A DNA stretch of 64,000 bases from an uncultured Lachnospiraceae bacterium (lineage in GTDB: Bacteria; Bacillota; Clostridia; Lachnospirales; Lachnospiraceae). The notes beneath the pieces are model-generated. The model saw only the letters and a list, made by a program, of their open reading frames with translations. It did no database searches and was not told where the DNA came from. This document shows, piece after piece, positions 50,565 through 60,624 of the stretch (position 1 is its first letter; every line of letters starts with the position of its first letter). The DNA lies in the NCBI GenBank assembly GCA_947243855.1, contig CAMXIK010000018.1:6813-70812 (forward strand). Direction: 5' to 3'. The position numbers and the translations under genes were made by a program.

Positions 50565-51011
50565 ATGGCATTATTTAGTTCGTTTGATATTAACGCCACG
50601 GGTATGACGGCGGAACGCTTCCGCATGGACACGATTTCCCAGAATGTGGCGAATGCGAATACGACAAGGACGGAGGACGGCACGCCTTACCGCAGAAAGA
50701 TCGTGGTGTTTGAGGAGAAAAATTCCCAGACGCCCTTCCATCAGGTGCTCAATAAGGCGAGAGACCGCTATTCGGGTTCCGGCGTGAAGGTGTCCGGCGT
50801 CTATGAGGATAACGTGACGGAAGGCAATATGGTTTACGATCCTTCTCATCCTGATGCGGACGAGAACGGCTATGTGATGTACCCGAATGTGAGTATCATC
50901 ACGGAAATGACGAACCTGATCGATGCGTCCCGCGCTTATCAGGCAAACTCTACGGCGTTCAGCGCCAGCAAGAATATTGCCACCATGGGACTGAATATAC
51001 TGAATACCTGA
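50565..51011 (+). CDS. flgC: Flagellar rod protein FlgC
   Basis: SQNVANANTT, PYRRK, YDPSHPDA...PNV, RAYQAN. Confidence 0.96.
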   Translation: MALFSSFDINATGMTAERFRMDTISQNVANANTTRTEDGTPYRRKIVVFEEKNSQTPFHQVLNKARDRYSGSGVKVSGVYEDNVTEGNMVYDPSHPDADENGYVMYPNVSIITEMTNLIDASRAYQANSTAFSASKNIATMGLNILNT

Positions 51012-51095
51012 TCATGGGATAAATAACGCGTGTTATAAACACGCTGTGAGTGTGCGGTTAGGATAGAGATTAGGGGAATGTTGGAGGAAACGGAA

Positions 51096-51422
51096 ATGGC
51101 TTTGGATATCACAGAATTATATAATGTGTCTTCGGGCGCGATCAAAGAGGCGGCCAAGGCGGCGCCCACAACCCGCATCGAGGACTATAAGGAAAACGGC
51201 TTCGATGCGATGTTACATACGGCAATCGACAATATCAACACGACGAACAGTTATTTGTCGGACGCAGAGAATGAAGAGATCAAATGGGCGCTTGGCGAGA
51301 CGGAAAACAGTCACGACTTAAGTATTGCCCTGCAGAAGGCCTCCACGGCATTGCAGTATACAGTGGCGATCAGGGATAAGCTTCTGGATGCCTATAAAGA
51401 ACTGATTCAGATGCAGATCTAG
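51096..51422 (+). CDS. fliE: Hook-basal body protein FliE
   Basis: IRDKLLDAYKELIQMQI C-terminus. Confidence 0.93.
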   Translation: MALDITELYNVSSGAIKEAAKAAPTTRIEDYKENGFDAMLHTAIDNINTTNSYLSDAENEEIKWALGETENSHDLSIALQKASTALQYTVAIRDKLLDAYKELIQMQI

Positions 51423-51469
51423 TTCTGTTTGGCAGGTAAGAGGGAAATGCAGAAGGAGATCGGATTGCT

Positions 51470-53074
51470 GTGGAAAAAATAGTAGAGAAACTAAAAGAAC
51501 TTGGAAATAAAATAATGGAGTGGTGGAACCGCTTTACGGCCAGACAAAAAACCTTGATTGTCGGCGTAGTAGCGGTACTCATTATTGCCCTCGTGGCTAT
51601 TGTGACAGCGCTTACCAGACCTAAGTATACGCTGCTTCGGGAGTGCGAATCGACGGCGGAAGCTGCGGAGGTTCGAGATCTCTTGGAAGGGGAAGGGCTG
51701 AACTATGAGATTTCCGATGACGGGCTGATTGTGCGCGTGCTTGAAAAGGATATTTCGCAGGCAAATCTCCTGCTGGGCGCCAATAACATTCAGGCGGCTG
51801 GTTATGGGATTGATAATGTGACGGACGGCAGTTTTTCCACCACAGAGTCTGATAAGCAGAAAAAGCATGTGGTTTATCTGGAAAAGCAGTTAGAAAATGA
51901 CTTCCTTTCCATGTTTACGGCGATCAAGCATGCACGGGTGAAGTTAAACATTCCGGAGGATGACGGGACGTTAATTGCCAAGGAACAGGAATCTTCCGCT
52001 TGGGTGCTTCTGGAATTAAAGGACGAGTTCTCTCAGGAGAGCGCGGCCTATTTGGCGCGCGCGATTGCCACGGCGCTTGGAAACGAGACCACGAACAACA
52101 TCGTCATCATGGATTCGGAAGGCAATATGCTCTTTACGGGCGACGAGACCCTCTCCGCTACCGGCATGGCAAGCAGCCAGCTTACCGTGAAGAGCGAGGC
52201 GGAAAAGAATATGATCAACAACGTGCGCAGGGTGATCCTTGGCACGAACGAATTTGACAATGTGGAAGTGTCCCCCAATCTGGTGCTGGATTTCTCGACC
52301 CAGAACCGCACGGAACACACCTATACGCCGGCGGACGGACAGACGCAGGGCGTATTGAGCCATGAGGATGTTTTCAGTTCCGAGAATACCAGCGGTACGG
52401 GCGGCGTGCCGGGCACAGACTCTAATGACGACGACACCACCTATGTGTTGGAGGATAACGCGAACTCCTCCTCTACGGTGAGCGAGGAGTCAAGGGATTA
52501 TCTGCCCAACGAAACCATCACCACTACGGAGACGCCCTCCGGTGTGATCAACTACGGCGCGTCCTCTCTGGCGGCATCCCTGATTCAGTACAACGTGATC
52601 CGGGAGGAGGATGCGGACGCGCAGGGACTTTTAGATGGCGTGAGCTGGGAAGAGTATAAGCTTGCCAACACGGAACGCACCAGAATCGAGCTGGACGACA
52701 CCTTCTATGCCACGGTGGCAAATGCTACTGGCATTTCACAGGATAATATTACCTTGGTAGCCTACACGGAGAATCTTTTCTTTGATGCGGAGGGTTCGGC
52801 GATTACGGCTACGGATATCTTACAGATCATTCTGATTATTGTGATTCTGGCGCTTCTGGCCTTTGTGGTCCTGCGGAGTATGAGAGGCGAGAAGCACGAG
52901 GAGGAAGAAGAGGAGCTGACTGTGGAGACGCTGTTACAGTCTGACGTACAGCTTGCAGAGATTTCCTCCGAGAATGAGTCCGAGGAGAAGCGGCTTATCA
53001 ATAAATTTGTGGAAGAGAATCCGGAGGCAGCGGCAAATCTGCTGCGCAACTGGTTAAACGAAGACTGGGGGTAG
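51470..53074 (+). CDS. fliF: MS-ring protein FliF
   Basis: Two TMs, ARVKLNIP, C-terminal NPEAAANLLRNWL; operon position. Confidence 0.92.
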   Translation: MEKIVEKLKELGNKIMEWWNRFTARQKTLIVGVVAVLIIALVAIVTALTRPKYTLLRECESTAEAAEVRDLLEGEGLNYEISDDGLIVRVLEKDISQANLLLGANNIQAAGYGIDNVTDGSFSTTESDKQKKHVVYLEKQLENDFLSMFTAIKHARVKLNIPEDDGTLIAKEQESSAWVLLELKDEFSQESAAYLARAIATALGNETTNNIVIMDSEGNMLFTGDETLSATGMASSQLTVKSEAEKNMINNVRRVILGTNEFDNVEVSPNLVLDFSTQNRTEHTYTPADGQTQGVLSHEDVFSSENTSGTGGVPGTDSNDDDTTYVLEDNANSSSTVSEESRDYLPNETITTTETPSGVINYGASSLAASLIQYNVIREEDADAQGLLDGVSWEEYKLANTERTRIELDDTFYATVANATGISQDNITLVAYTENLFFDAEGSAITATDILQIILIIVILALLAFVVLRSMRGEKHEEEEEELTVETLLQSDVQLAEISSENESEEKRLINKFVEENPEAAANLLRNWLNEDWG

Positions 53075-53079
53075 GATAA

Positions 53080-54099
53080 ATGGCAGCGAGAGCCACGGAG
53101 GAGAAGATTAACGGAGTGCAGAAAGCGGCCGTTTTAATGATAGCGCTTGGGCCGGAGAAGTCTGCGGCGATCTTTAAGCACCTCAAGGAAGACGAGGTGG
53201 AGGAGCTTACGTTAGAGATCGCGAACACGAGAAACGTTACGCCTCAGCTCAAAGAGAGTGTGATTAACGAATTTTATCAGGTGTGCTTGGCGCAGCAGTA
53301 CATTGCCGAGGGCGGTATCAACTACGCCAAAGAGCTTTTGGAGAAATCCTTTGGCGCAGACAAGGCGATGGACGTGATCGGCAAGCTGACCGCATCTTTG
53401 CAGGTGAAGCCTTTCGAGTTTGTGAGAAAGGCGGACGCGGCGCAGTTGTTAAACTTTATTCAGGACGAACACCCGCAGACAATCGCGCTTATTTTGTCCT
53501 ATCTCTCGCCCGGACAGGCGGCGATCATCGTATCGGCTCTGCCGCCGGACAGACAGGCGGACGTAACCAAGCGTATTGCGGTGATGGACCGGACGAGTCC
53601 GGATGTGATCAAGGAAGTGGAGAAGGTTTTGGAATCCAAACTGTCATCCTTAGTGAATCAGGATTACACGATTATCGGCGGCGTGGACGCTGTCGTAGAA
53701 ATTTTGAATACGGTGGACCGCGGTACGGAGAAACATATTATGGAGACCTTGGAGATCGAGGAGCCGGAGCTTGCGGACGAGATCAGAAAGAAGATGTTCG
53801 TCTTCGAGGACATCTTGCTTCTGGACGACCGCGCCATTCAGCGTGTGCTGCGTGATGTGGATAACTCCGATCTGGCGATCGCGTTGAAGGGCTCTAACGA
53901 AGAGGTGCAGAACGCCATCTTCAACAACCTCTCCAAACGTCTTGCGGTTATGATCAAGGAAGATATGGAGTTTATGGGCCCTGTCCGTATGAAGGACGTG
54001 GAGGAAGCGCAGCAGAAGATCGTAAACATCATCAGGAAACTGGAAGATGCTGCCGAAATTGTTATCTCCAGAGGCGGAGGTGACGAGATCATTGTTTAA
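53080..54099 (+). CDS. fliG: Motor switch protein FliG
   Basis: KAAVLMIALG, EHPQTIALILSYL, MFVFEDI, GPVRMKDVEEAQ. Confidence 0.97.
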   Translation: MAARATEEKINGVQKAAVLMIALGPEKSAAIFKHLKEDEVEELTLEIANTRNVTPQLKESVINEFYQVCLAQQYIAEGGINYAKELLEKSFGADKAMDVIGKLTASLQVKPFEFVRKADAAQLLNFIQDEHPQTIALILSYLSPGQAAIIVSALPPDRQADVTKRIAVMDRTSPDVIKEVEKVLESKLSSLVNQDYTIIGGVDAVVEILNTVDRGTEKHIMETLEIEEPELADEIRKKMFVFEDILLLDDRAIQRVLRDVDNSDLAIALKGSNEEVQNAIFNNLSKRLAVMIKEDMEFMGPVRMKDVEEAQQKIVNIIRKLEDAAEIVISRGGGDEIIV

Positions 54100-54982
54100 G
54101 ATGAAGCCAAGAACCTTATATAAAGCTGGCTGGGTCAGAGTAGACGGCGAAGAAAAGTGCGTGATAGACAGTAACAGCCTTGTCGCAGAGCGCATTGAAG
54201 AATGGGAAAATATCCGCAGGGCAAATGCGGCTGCTGCGCCTTCTTTTGATGAGGAAGAGGGGGAAGACGAGGCGGCGGAGTTTGTAAGCGGTCTTGCCGG
54301 TGAAGAATTGGACGCCCTGTTTGACGATGGAGAGGGCGCGGGTAATGTCATTAAGGCTGTGGACGCGGAGGCCAGCAGAGAGGCTGCCGAGGCCGAGGCG
54401 GAGCGCATTGTAGCGGAGGCGCGGGCGCAGGCTCTTGAAATTCAAAACCAAGCCCGCCATGAAGCGGAGATACAACTTGCCAATGCATTGGAAGAAGGCA
54501 CAAAACAGGGGTATGACGAGGGCTACGCAAGAGGCATGTCCGAGGTAGAGGGCATGAAACAGGAGCTGGCGGAAAGAAAAAGGCAGCTTGAGGCGGAGTT
54601 TGACGATCTGCTGGAAAATCTGGAGCCCCGGTTTGTGGATACCATTACAGATGTGTACAGCCATATTTTCGGTGTGGATCTCTCGGATAACAGGGATATC
54701 CTCGTCCATTTGATCGATACCACCCTGCGTAAGGTGGAGAGCAGCAAAACCTTTATCGTGCATGTATCTGCGGAGGACTATCCTCACGTCAACATGCAGA
54801 AGCAGACCTTGATGGAGGGCGCTGCGGCGGGCAGGGGATTGATCGAGATTATAGAGGATATTGCCCTCGGCAAGGGAGACTGCCTGATTGAAACGGACGG
54901 CGGTATTTTTGACTGCGGCTTGGGTACCCAGTTGGAAGAATTAACTAAAAAGTTGCAAGTGTTATCTTATGAGAAGGTTTAG
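54092..54982 (+). CDS. fliH: Flagellar export protein FliH
   Basis: GYDEGYARG repeats, GDCLIETDGG; TTG start overlapping the fliG end is approximate. Confidence 0.9.
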   Translation: MFKMKPRTLYKAGWVRVDGEEKCVIDSNSLVAERIEEWENIRRANAAAAPSFDEEEGEDEAAEFVSGLAGEELDALFDDGEGAGNVIKAVDAEASREAAEAEAERIVAEARAQALEIQNQARHEAEIQLANALEEGTKQGYDEGYARGMSEVEGMKQELAERKRQLEAEFDDLLENLEPRFVDTITDVYSHIFGVDLSDNRDILVHLIDTTLRKVESSKTFIVHVSAEDYPHVNMQKQTLMEGAAAGRGLIEIIEDIALGKGDCLIETDGGIFDCGLGTQLEELTKKLQVLSYEKV

Positions 54983-55006
54983 AAGCGCGGCAGAAAGAAG
55001 CGTTGG

Positions 55007-56332
55007 ATGAATACAGCGATTAATTTTTATAAATACAGCAGCATAAAGGACGATACCTTCTTTCGGAAAAAGGGCAGGGTAGAGAATGTGGTGGGACTTA
55101 CCATCGAGTCTGCAGGCCCAGAGGCGAAGCTGGGCGATCTGTGTATCATCTATCCCGTGGACGAGGAATATCCGCCGATTACGGCCGAGGTGGTGGGCTT
55201 TAAGGAGCGGAAAACCCTTCTGATGCCCTGCGACAAGACGGACGGTATCGGTCTTGGGTGTATCGTGGAGAACACGGGAAATCCTTTGACGGTGAACGTG
55301 AGCGAAGATCTTTTGGGGAAAGTGCTGGACGGCCTTGGCAGGATTGACGGCGAGTATATGCCGGGCGTGCCTTACAGCGTGGAGGCGCAGCCGCCCGACG
55401 CCATGAGCAGAAAGATCATTTCGGAGGTACTGCCCCTTGGGGTGAAAGCCATAGACGGACTGATGACGGTTGGAAAAGGTCAGCGTATCGGTATCTTTGC
55501 GGGTTCCGGTGTGGGAAAATCCACGCTGATGGGCATGTTTGCGCGAAACACCAAGGCGGACATCAATGTGATCGCGCTCATCGGAGAGCGCGGCAGAGAG
55601 GTACGCGAGTTCGTGGAACGGGATCTGGGCGAGGAGGGTATGCGCCGTTCCGTGGTGGTGGTAGCTACTTCGGACAAATCGGCCCTCGAGAGAAACAAGG
55701 CGGCGAAGACTGCCTGTGCAATCGCAGAATATTTCAGGGATCAGGGTAAGGACGTTCTTTTGATGATGGACTCCCTGACCCGTTTTTCCATGGCGCAGCG
55801 GGAAATCGGACTTGCCAGCGGGGAACCGCCGGTGTCTAGGGGCTATCCTCCCAGCGTGTACTCGGAGATGCCAAGGCTCTTGGAGCGGGCTGGCTGTGCA
55901 GCGGTGGGATCTATCACCGGGTTATATACTGTTTTGGTGGATGGCGACGACATGAACGAGCCGATCACGGATACGGCCAGAAGCATTCTGGACGGCCACA
56001 TCATGTTAAACAGAAGACTGGCCCATCAGAATCATTATCCGGCGATCGATGTACTGCAGAGTATTTCCAGATGTATGAGCCAGATTGTGAACAAGGAGCA
56101 TAAGAGTCTTGCGGGTAAGCTCAAAAATGTGCTTGCCACTTACAACGAGGCGGAAGATCTGATTAATATCGGCGCTTATAAGAGCGGCAGCAACAGGAAT
56201 ATCGACTACGCCATCGCGAAGATCGAGGCGGTGAACGAGTTCCTGATGCAGGATGTGGATTCAAAATACGAGTACGAGGAAGCTGTGGATATGCTGCGGG
56301 AGCTCTTTGCGGAAGCGGATGAGGCAGAGTAA
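55007..56332 (+). CDS. fliI: Flagellar export ATPase FliI
   Basis: AGSGVGKST, GERGREV, DSLTRF, GYPPSV, LDGHI. Confidence 0.97.
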   Translation: MNTAINFYKYSSIKDDTFFRKKGRVENVVGLTIESAGPEAKLGDLCIIYPVDEEYPPITAEVVGFKERKTLLMPCDKTDGIGLGCIVENTGNPLTVNVSEDLLGKVLDGLGRIDGEYMPGVPYSVEAQPPDAMSRKIISEVLPLGVKAIDGLMTVGKGQRIGIFAGSGVGKSTLMGMFARNTKADINVIALIGERGREVREFVERDLGEEGMRRSVVVVATSDKSALERNKAAKTACAIAEYFRDQGKDVLLMMDSLTRFSMAQREIGLASGEPPVSRGYPPSVYSEMPRLLERAGCAAVGSITGLYTVLVDGDDMNEPITDTARSILDGHIMLNRRLAHQNHYPAIDVLQSISRCMSQIVNKEHKSLAGKLKNVLATYNEAEDLINIGAYKSGSNRNIDYAIAKIEAVNEFLMQDVDSKYEYEEAVDMLRELFAEADEAE

Positions 56333-56350
56333 GGTAAGGGGTGACCGGCC

Positions 56351-56848
56351 ATGGCGAAATTCAGATACAGGATGCAGAGTATCTTGAATATCAAATACCA
56401 GCTTGAAACGCAGGCGAAGATGGAGCTTGGGAAAGCCCAGATGGCCCTGAACGAGGAGCAGGAAAAGCTCCAGAAGCTGATAGACAGAAAAGCCGCCTAT
56501 CTGGAAGAAGGCAGGCGGATGCGCGAAAATGCCATCAGTGTGAATGATCTGCGGGACAACCGCAACGCCGTGCTGATTATGGATGAACTGATTGTGGCAC
56601 AGCGGATTGAGGTGGCGAAAGCTGCGGAAGTTGTGGAGCTTGCGAGACAAAAACTGACGGAGATCATGCAGGAGCGCAAGATGCACGAAAAGCTCAAGGA
56701 GAAGGCGTTGATCCAGTTTATGGAAGAGGAGAAAGCGGCCGAGGCCAAGGTTGTGGACGAATTGACAAGCTACACCTACGGGCAGCGTGGAAAGGAAAAC
56801 GGAAATGGCGACGGAAGCGATGAATATGGGCATGCAGCCCCCGATTGA
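56351..56848 (+). CDS. fliJ: Flagellar export chaperone FliJ
   Basis: MAKFRYRMQSIL; coiled coil; follows fliI. Confidence 0.9.
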   Translation: MAKFRYRMQSILNIKYQLETQAKMELGKAQMALNEEQEKLQKLIDRKAAYLEEGRRMRENAISVNDLRDNRNAVLIMDELIVAQRIEVAKAAEVVELARQKLTEIMQERKMHEKLKEKALIQFMEEEKAAEAKVVDELTSYTYGQRGKENGNGDGSDEYGHAAPD

Positions 56849-57686
56849 TGAAAAAGCGGAAAAAAAGAGGCTGAAGGAAGAGCGGAATAAAATGAAGGCC
56901 GATAGAAAGGCCCAGAAAAAAGAAGCCAAGCAGCGCGCCAGAGAACTTGACGAGCAGGAGGAAAGACTGGACGGGGAGGGCGGAGGCATCTCCGTATTTT
57001 TAGTAACGCTTGTTATTGTAATTATCTGGATTGCGATTTTATGTCTGCTGATCAAGCTGGATGTGGGCGGTTTTGGATCAGGCGTGCTTTCGCCTATCCT
57101 TAAGGACGTGCCGGTGGTCAACAAGATTCTGCCGTCAGATTCCACGGTAACCACCGACGAGGAGGATTCTTACGGCGGCTACACCAGTCTGCGCGAGGCG
57201 GTGGACTATATCAAAGAGCTGGAGTTACAGTTGGAGGACGCGCAGGCGGCCAGCTCCGTGGATTCCGAACAGCTAGAGGAGCTGCGGGCGGAGATTGAGA
57301 GGCTGCAGACCTTTGAGGATGCGCAGGTGGAGTTTGAGCGGATCAAGACAGAGTTTTATGAGGAAGTGGTCTACGCCGAGAAGGGACCCGGCGCGGACGA
57401 ATATGTGAAATACTATCAGACGATGGACCCGACGACTGCGGAATATCTCTATAAACAGGTGATACAGCAGCAGGAAGTGGATCAGCAGATTCAGGATTAC
57501 GCGCAGACTTACGCGGAGATGAAACCCAAGGCGGCCGCAGCTATTTTTGAGGCTATGACGGACGATCTGGATCTGGCGGCTAAGATTTTGGATCAGATGA
57601 GCGCGGAGGACCGGGGTAATATTCTGGGGGCGATGGATGCCGAGACGGCGGCCAGATTGACAAAGATTATGGACCCTGATTCATAA
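56805..57686 (+). CDS. MotE/YlxF-like protein (MgtE N-terminal-like domain)
   Basis: One TM, coiled coil, YAEMKPKAAAAIFE...ILGAMDAETAARL; between fliJ and fliK. Confidence 0.75.
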   Translation: MATEAMNMGMQPPIDEKAEKKRLKEERNKMKADRKAQKKEAKQRARELDEQEERLDGEGGGISVFLVTLVIVIIWIAILCLLIKLDVGGFGSGVLSPILKDVPVVNKILPSDSTVTTDEEDSYGGYTSLREAVDYIKELELQLEDAQAASSVDSEQLEELRAEIERLQTFEDAQVEFERIKTEFYEEVVYAEKGPGADEYVKYYQTMDPTTAEYLYKQVIQQQEVDQQIQDYAQTYAEMKPKAAAAIFEAMTDDLDLAAKILDQMSAEDRGNILGAMDAETAARLTKIMDPDS

Positions 57687-57710
57687 GTACAGTTTTTTCG
57701 GAAAAACCGC

Positions 57711-57738
57711 TTTACTGACGGCGGAAAACAGCCGATAT
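57711..57738 (+). promoter_or_regulatory. Internal sigma28 (SigD/FliA) promoter upstream of fliK
   Basis: TTTA-16 nt-GCCGATAT. Confidence 0.6.
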
Positions 57739-57831
57739 ACTTTATGATATATACCATGTGGGAAACCACGTGTTATATATACAATCTTATTACGAACCTT
57801 GAAAACTGCAGAAAGGAGGAAAGAAACAGGA

Positions 57832-59340
57832 ATGACGGTGAACAATGTAAACGCTCTGGGCGCCTTAGGGACAGCTCAGGGAACGCAGGCATCTGTGAAA
57901 CCGGAAGAGATCGTGCAGGAGCGTTTTGACAAGCTCATGGATCAGATGAGCGTAAAGATTACCGCGGCACAAAAGCCCCAGCAGGCCAATGTGCAGATCA
58001 GCCCGCCCAAGCAGGCAGTTGTCGGAAATGCGCAGGAAACAGCGCAGCCGAAGGACACGGTGAAGCAGGAAAACGCGGCACAGACGACCGAAACCAAGAA
58101 ACCCGCAGAGACATCCGAAAAGGACGCTGAAAGCGCCGTATCGCAGGATGAAAACGGCGAGACATCCGCAGTGCAGGAAGGAAACGCACAGGACGCCGAA
58201 GTCCGCGAGGATGTGGAAGAGGCGGCCGGGAAGGTTATGGAAGAAATTTCCGACATGCTGGACATTCCCCTTGAAAAGGTGGAAGAGGCCATGGAAATTC
58301 TTGGATTGACGATGGCGGATCTCTTTGATCCCACGAATCTGAAACAGCTGTTACTCAATTTGACTGACAGCACAGACGAGTTGTCTCTGGTGACGGATGA
58401 AGGACTGTACAGTAATTTACAGGATCTTTTCCAGACGGTAAACGAGACGCTCCATACGCTTCAGGAGGAGCTGGGACTGGACGCAGATGAGCTGGAAGCG
58501 CTGCTTAGCGAGATCAGCGCAGAGGAGAAACAGCCAGTGGAGACACTGGAGCCAGTCATGACGCCTGTAGGCGAAGAGCCAGAGGTGAGCGTGGAGGGCA
58601 TGAAGGACTACGCGGTGTCCGTGGAGAAAGACGGCGGCACGGTGCAGATCAAGGTGACTGTCGATGATGCCAGCGGACAAAAGCATGTCAGCGAGCAGGT
58701 GACAGACACGGCGAAACCCGTGGTGGAGGCTCCTATGAAGAAGGAGAACGAAGCCGGCACAGGGCATAAGGAGGAAAATGCGGGACAGAACGCTGGGAAC
58801 GCTTTCTTACAGAACCTGACGGGACACACCGAAGAGGTGGAAGCGCCGGCGGAGCGGCCGGTATACACGCAGCCGGAGACGAATCAGATCATGGATCAGA
58901 TCGTCGAGTACATGAAGATCAATATTAAGCCGGAGACACAGGAGCTGGAGATGCAGTTGCATCCCGCAAGCCTTGGCACGGTGCATGTACAGTTAGCGGC
59001 GAAGGACGGGGTTATCACAGCGCAGTTTGCCGCGCAGAACGAGACGGTAAAGGCAGTTCTGGAAACCCAGATGATTCAGCTCAAGGAACAGTTTGAGGAG
59101 CAGGGCATCAAGGTGGAGGCTGTGGAAGTTACAGTCGCGAACCACGCCTACGGCGAACAGTATGGAGACCAGCAGGAAGCGGCCGATCAGGAGAACGGGG
59201 GCGCGAAGAAGAACGCCAGAAGGATCAACTTAAATCTCGACGAAATCGAGGAGGAAGATCTGGACGAACTCGACGATTCGGAGCGGATCGCGGTGGAAAT
59301 GATGCAGGCAAACGGCAACACGGTAGACTATACGGCATAA
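57832..59340 (+). CDS. fliK: Hook-length control protein FliK
   Basis: Low-complexity acidic N-terminus; LHPASLGTVHV...LKEQFEEQGI C-terminal domain. Confidence 0.92.
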   Translation: MTVNNVNALGALGTAQGTQASVKPEEIVQERFDKLMDQMSVKITAAQKPQQANVQISPPKQAVVGNAQETAQPKDTVKQENAAQTTETKKPAETSEKDAESAVSQDENGETSAVQEGNAQDAEVREDVEEAAGKVMEEISDMLDIPLEKVEEAMEILGLTMADLFDPTNLKQLLLNLTDSTDELSLVTDEGLYSNLQDLFQTVNETLHTLQEELGLDADELEALLSEISAEEKQPVETLEPVMTPVGEEPEVSVEGMKDYAVSVEKDGGTVQIKVTVDDASGQKHVSEQVTDTAKPVVEAPMKKENEAGTGHKEENAGQNAGNAFLQNLTGHTEEVEAPAERPVYTQPETNQIMDQIVEYMKINIKPETQELEMQLHPASLGTVHVQLAAKDGVITAQFAAQNETVKAVLETQMIQLKEQFEEQGIKVEAVEVTVANHAYGEQYGDQQEAADQENGGAKKNARRINLNLDEIEEEDLDELDDSERIAVEMMQANGNTVDYTA

Positions 59341-59367
59341 GATAACCAAAAGAAAGGAGTGAAACGT

Positions 59368-60096
59368 ATGGGAGTCATACAGGAAGTAAAAGACGGTAAA
59401 TTTGTGGAATCTAATTCTGCGGCGTCTTTGGCGGAAGCCAATAAGAAAAGGAAAACAGGAAACGACAGTCTGGATAAGGACGCGTTCTTACAGCTTTTGG
59501 TAGCGCAGATGAAGTATCAGGACCCTTTGGAGCCGACTTCAAACACGGAGTATATTTCCCAGTTCGCAACCTTTTCGGAGCTGGAGCAGATGCAGAACAT
59601 GAGCGCATCCATGGATCTGTTCAGGGCTTCTTCTTTAGTAGGAGAGACGGTGCTTTTGAAGGTGACGGACAGCGAAGGCAGAACGACCAATGTGCAGGGT
59701 AATGTAGACTATGTGGTTTACGAGAAGAACAAGGCGTATCTCTCTGTAAACGGCGATTTATATTCGATGGACGATCTGGACACGGTGGCGGACCCTACTT
59801 ATCTGGAAGCTTACAAGCTGGCGGCGGATTGGCTGAACATCTACAACAAGCTGCCTGAGATCGAGAAACTGACGATTGCGGACAGGGAGAACGTAGAGAA
59901 GCTGGATGAGATGTACAAGGGCATGAACGACTACCAGAAGAACTTCTTAAAGGATGAAGAAATAGATACCTTGAAGAAGTATGTGAAGAAGATGGAGACT
60001 CTGGTGGCGGCTGCCGAGGCCAATAAGGACCAGAACAAGACCGAGGACACAGACAAGGACAAAGACACAGACAAGGGCGGCTCGGACGACAAATAA
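59368..60096 (+). CDS. flgD: Hook cap protein FlgD
   Basis: LDKDAFLQLLVAQMKYQDPLEP...QFATFSELEQ. Confidence 0.95.
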   Translation: MGVIQEVKDGKFVESNSAASLAEANKKRKTGNDSLDKDAFLQLLVAQMKYQDPLEPTSNTEYISQFATFSELEQMQNMSASMDLFRASSLVGETVLLKVTDSEGRTTNVQGNVDYVVYEKNKAYLSVNGDLYSMDDLDTVADPTYLEAYKLAADWLNIYNKLPEIEKLTIADRENVEKLDEMYKGMNDYQKNFLKDEEIDTLKKYVKKMETLVAAAEANKDQNKTEDTDKDKDTDKGGSDDK

Positions 60097-60135
60097 TCGC
60101 CATTAAAAAAGCGGCTATCTCAGGGAGGAGAGATT

Positions 60136-60540
60136 ATGAAGATTCAAGGCAGTTCTTTCCCTTCGATAGAACAGCTGCAGGATCAATATTTAAAGACAGG
60201 CAGATCCAAGGACGGAGCGCCTGCGCAGGGAAGCGTAAGCTTCCGGGATATTCTGTCGACGAAGACGGATGGGATGCAGCAGTCCGGGGAAGTCAGATTT
60301 TCCAAACATGCGGCAAACCGGTTGACAGACAGGAATATTGAACTGACCGAGGATCAGGTGGAACGCCTGAACTTGGGGGCAGCCAAAGCTTCGGCGAAGG
60401 GGATAAAAGAATCATTGGTCATGGTAGATTCCCTCGCGTTCATCGTGAGCGTGCCGAATCAGACGGTCATCACGGCGATGGATCAGACGGAGGCCGATGA
60501 AAATGTATTCACAAACATAGACGGAGCGGTCATTATTTAA
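60136..60540 (+). CDS. Flagellar operon protein (TIGR02530-like)
   Basis: FSKHAANRL...ITAMD...VFTNIDGAVI; between flgD and flgE. Confidence 0.88.
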   Translation: MKIQGSSFPSIEQLQDQYLKTGRSKDGAPAQGSVSFRDILSTKTDGMQQSGEVRFSKHAANRLTDRNIELTEDQVERLNLGAAKASAKGIKESLVMVDSLAFIVSVPNQTVITAMDQTEADENVFTNIDGAVII

Positions 60541-60624
60541 GCCGGACCTTACAGGAGGCTTACGGTCCTCGACTGACAGAGAGGACAGACGGTTCCGCAC
60601 AAGAGTTAAGGAGGTCATTTCACT

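Noticed and set aside
56790-56848. FliJ C-terminal extension overlapping the next gene by 44 nt as a recoding site
   Set aside because: Both ORFs are open and complete; no slippery sequence; most simply a drifted stop codon
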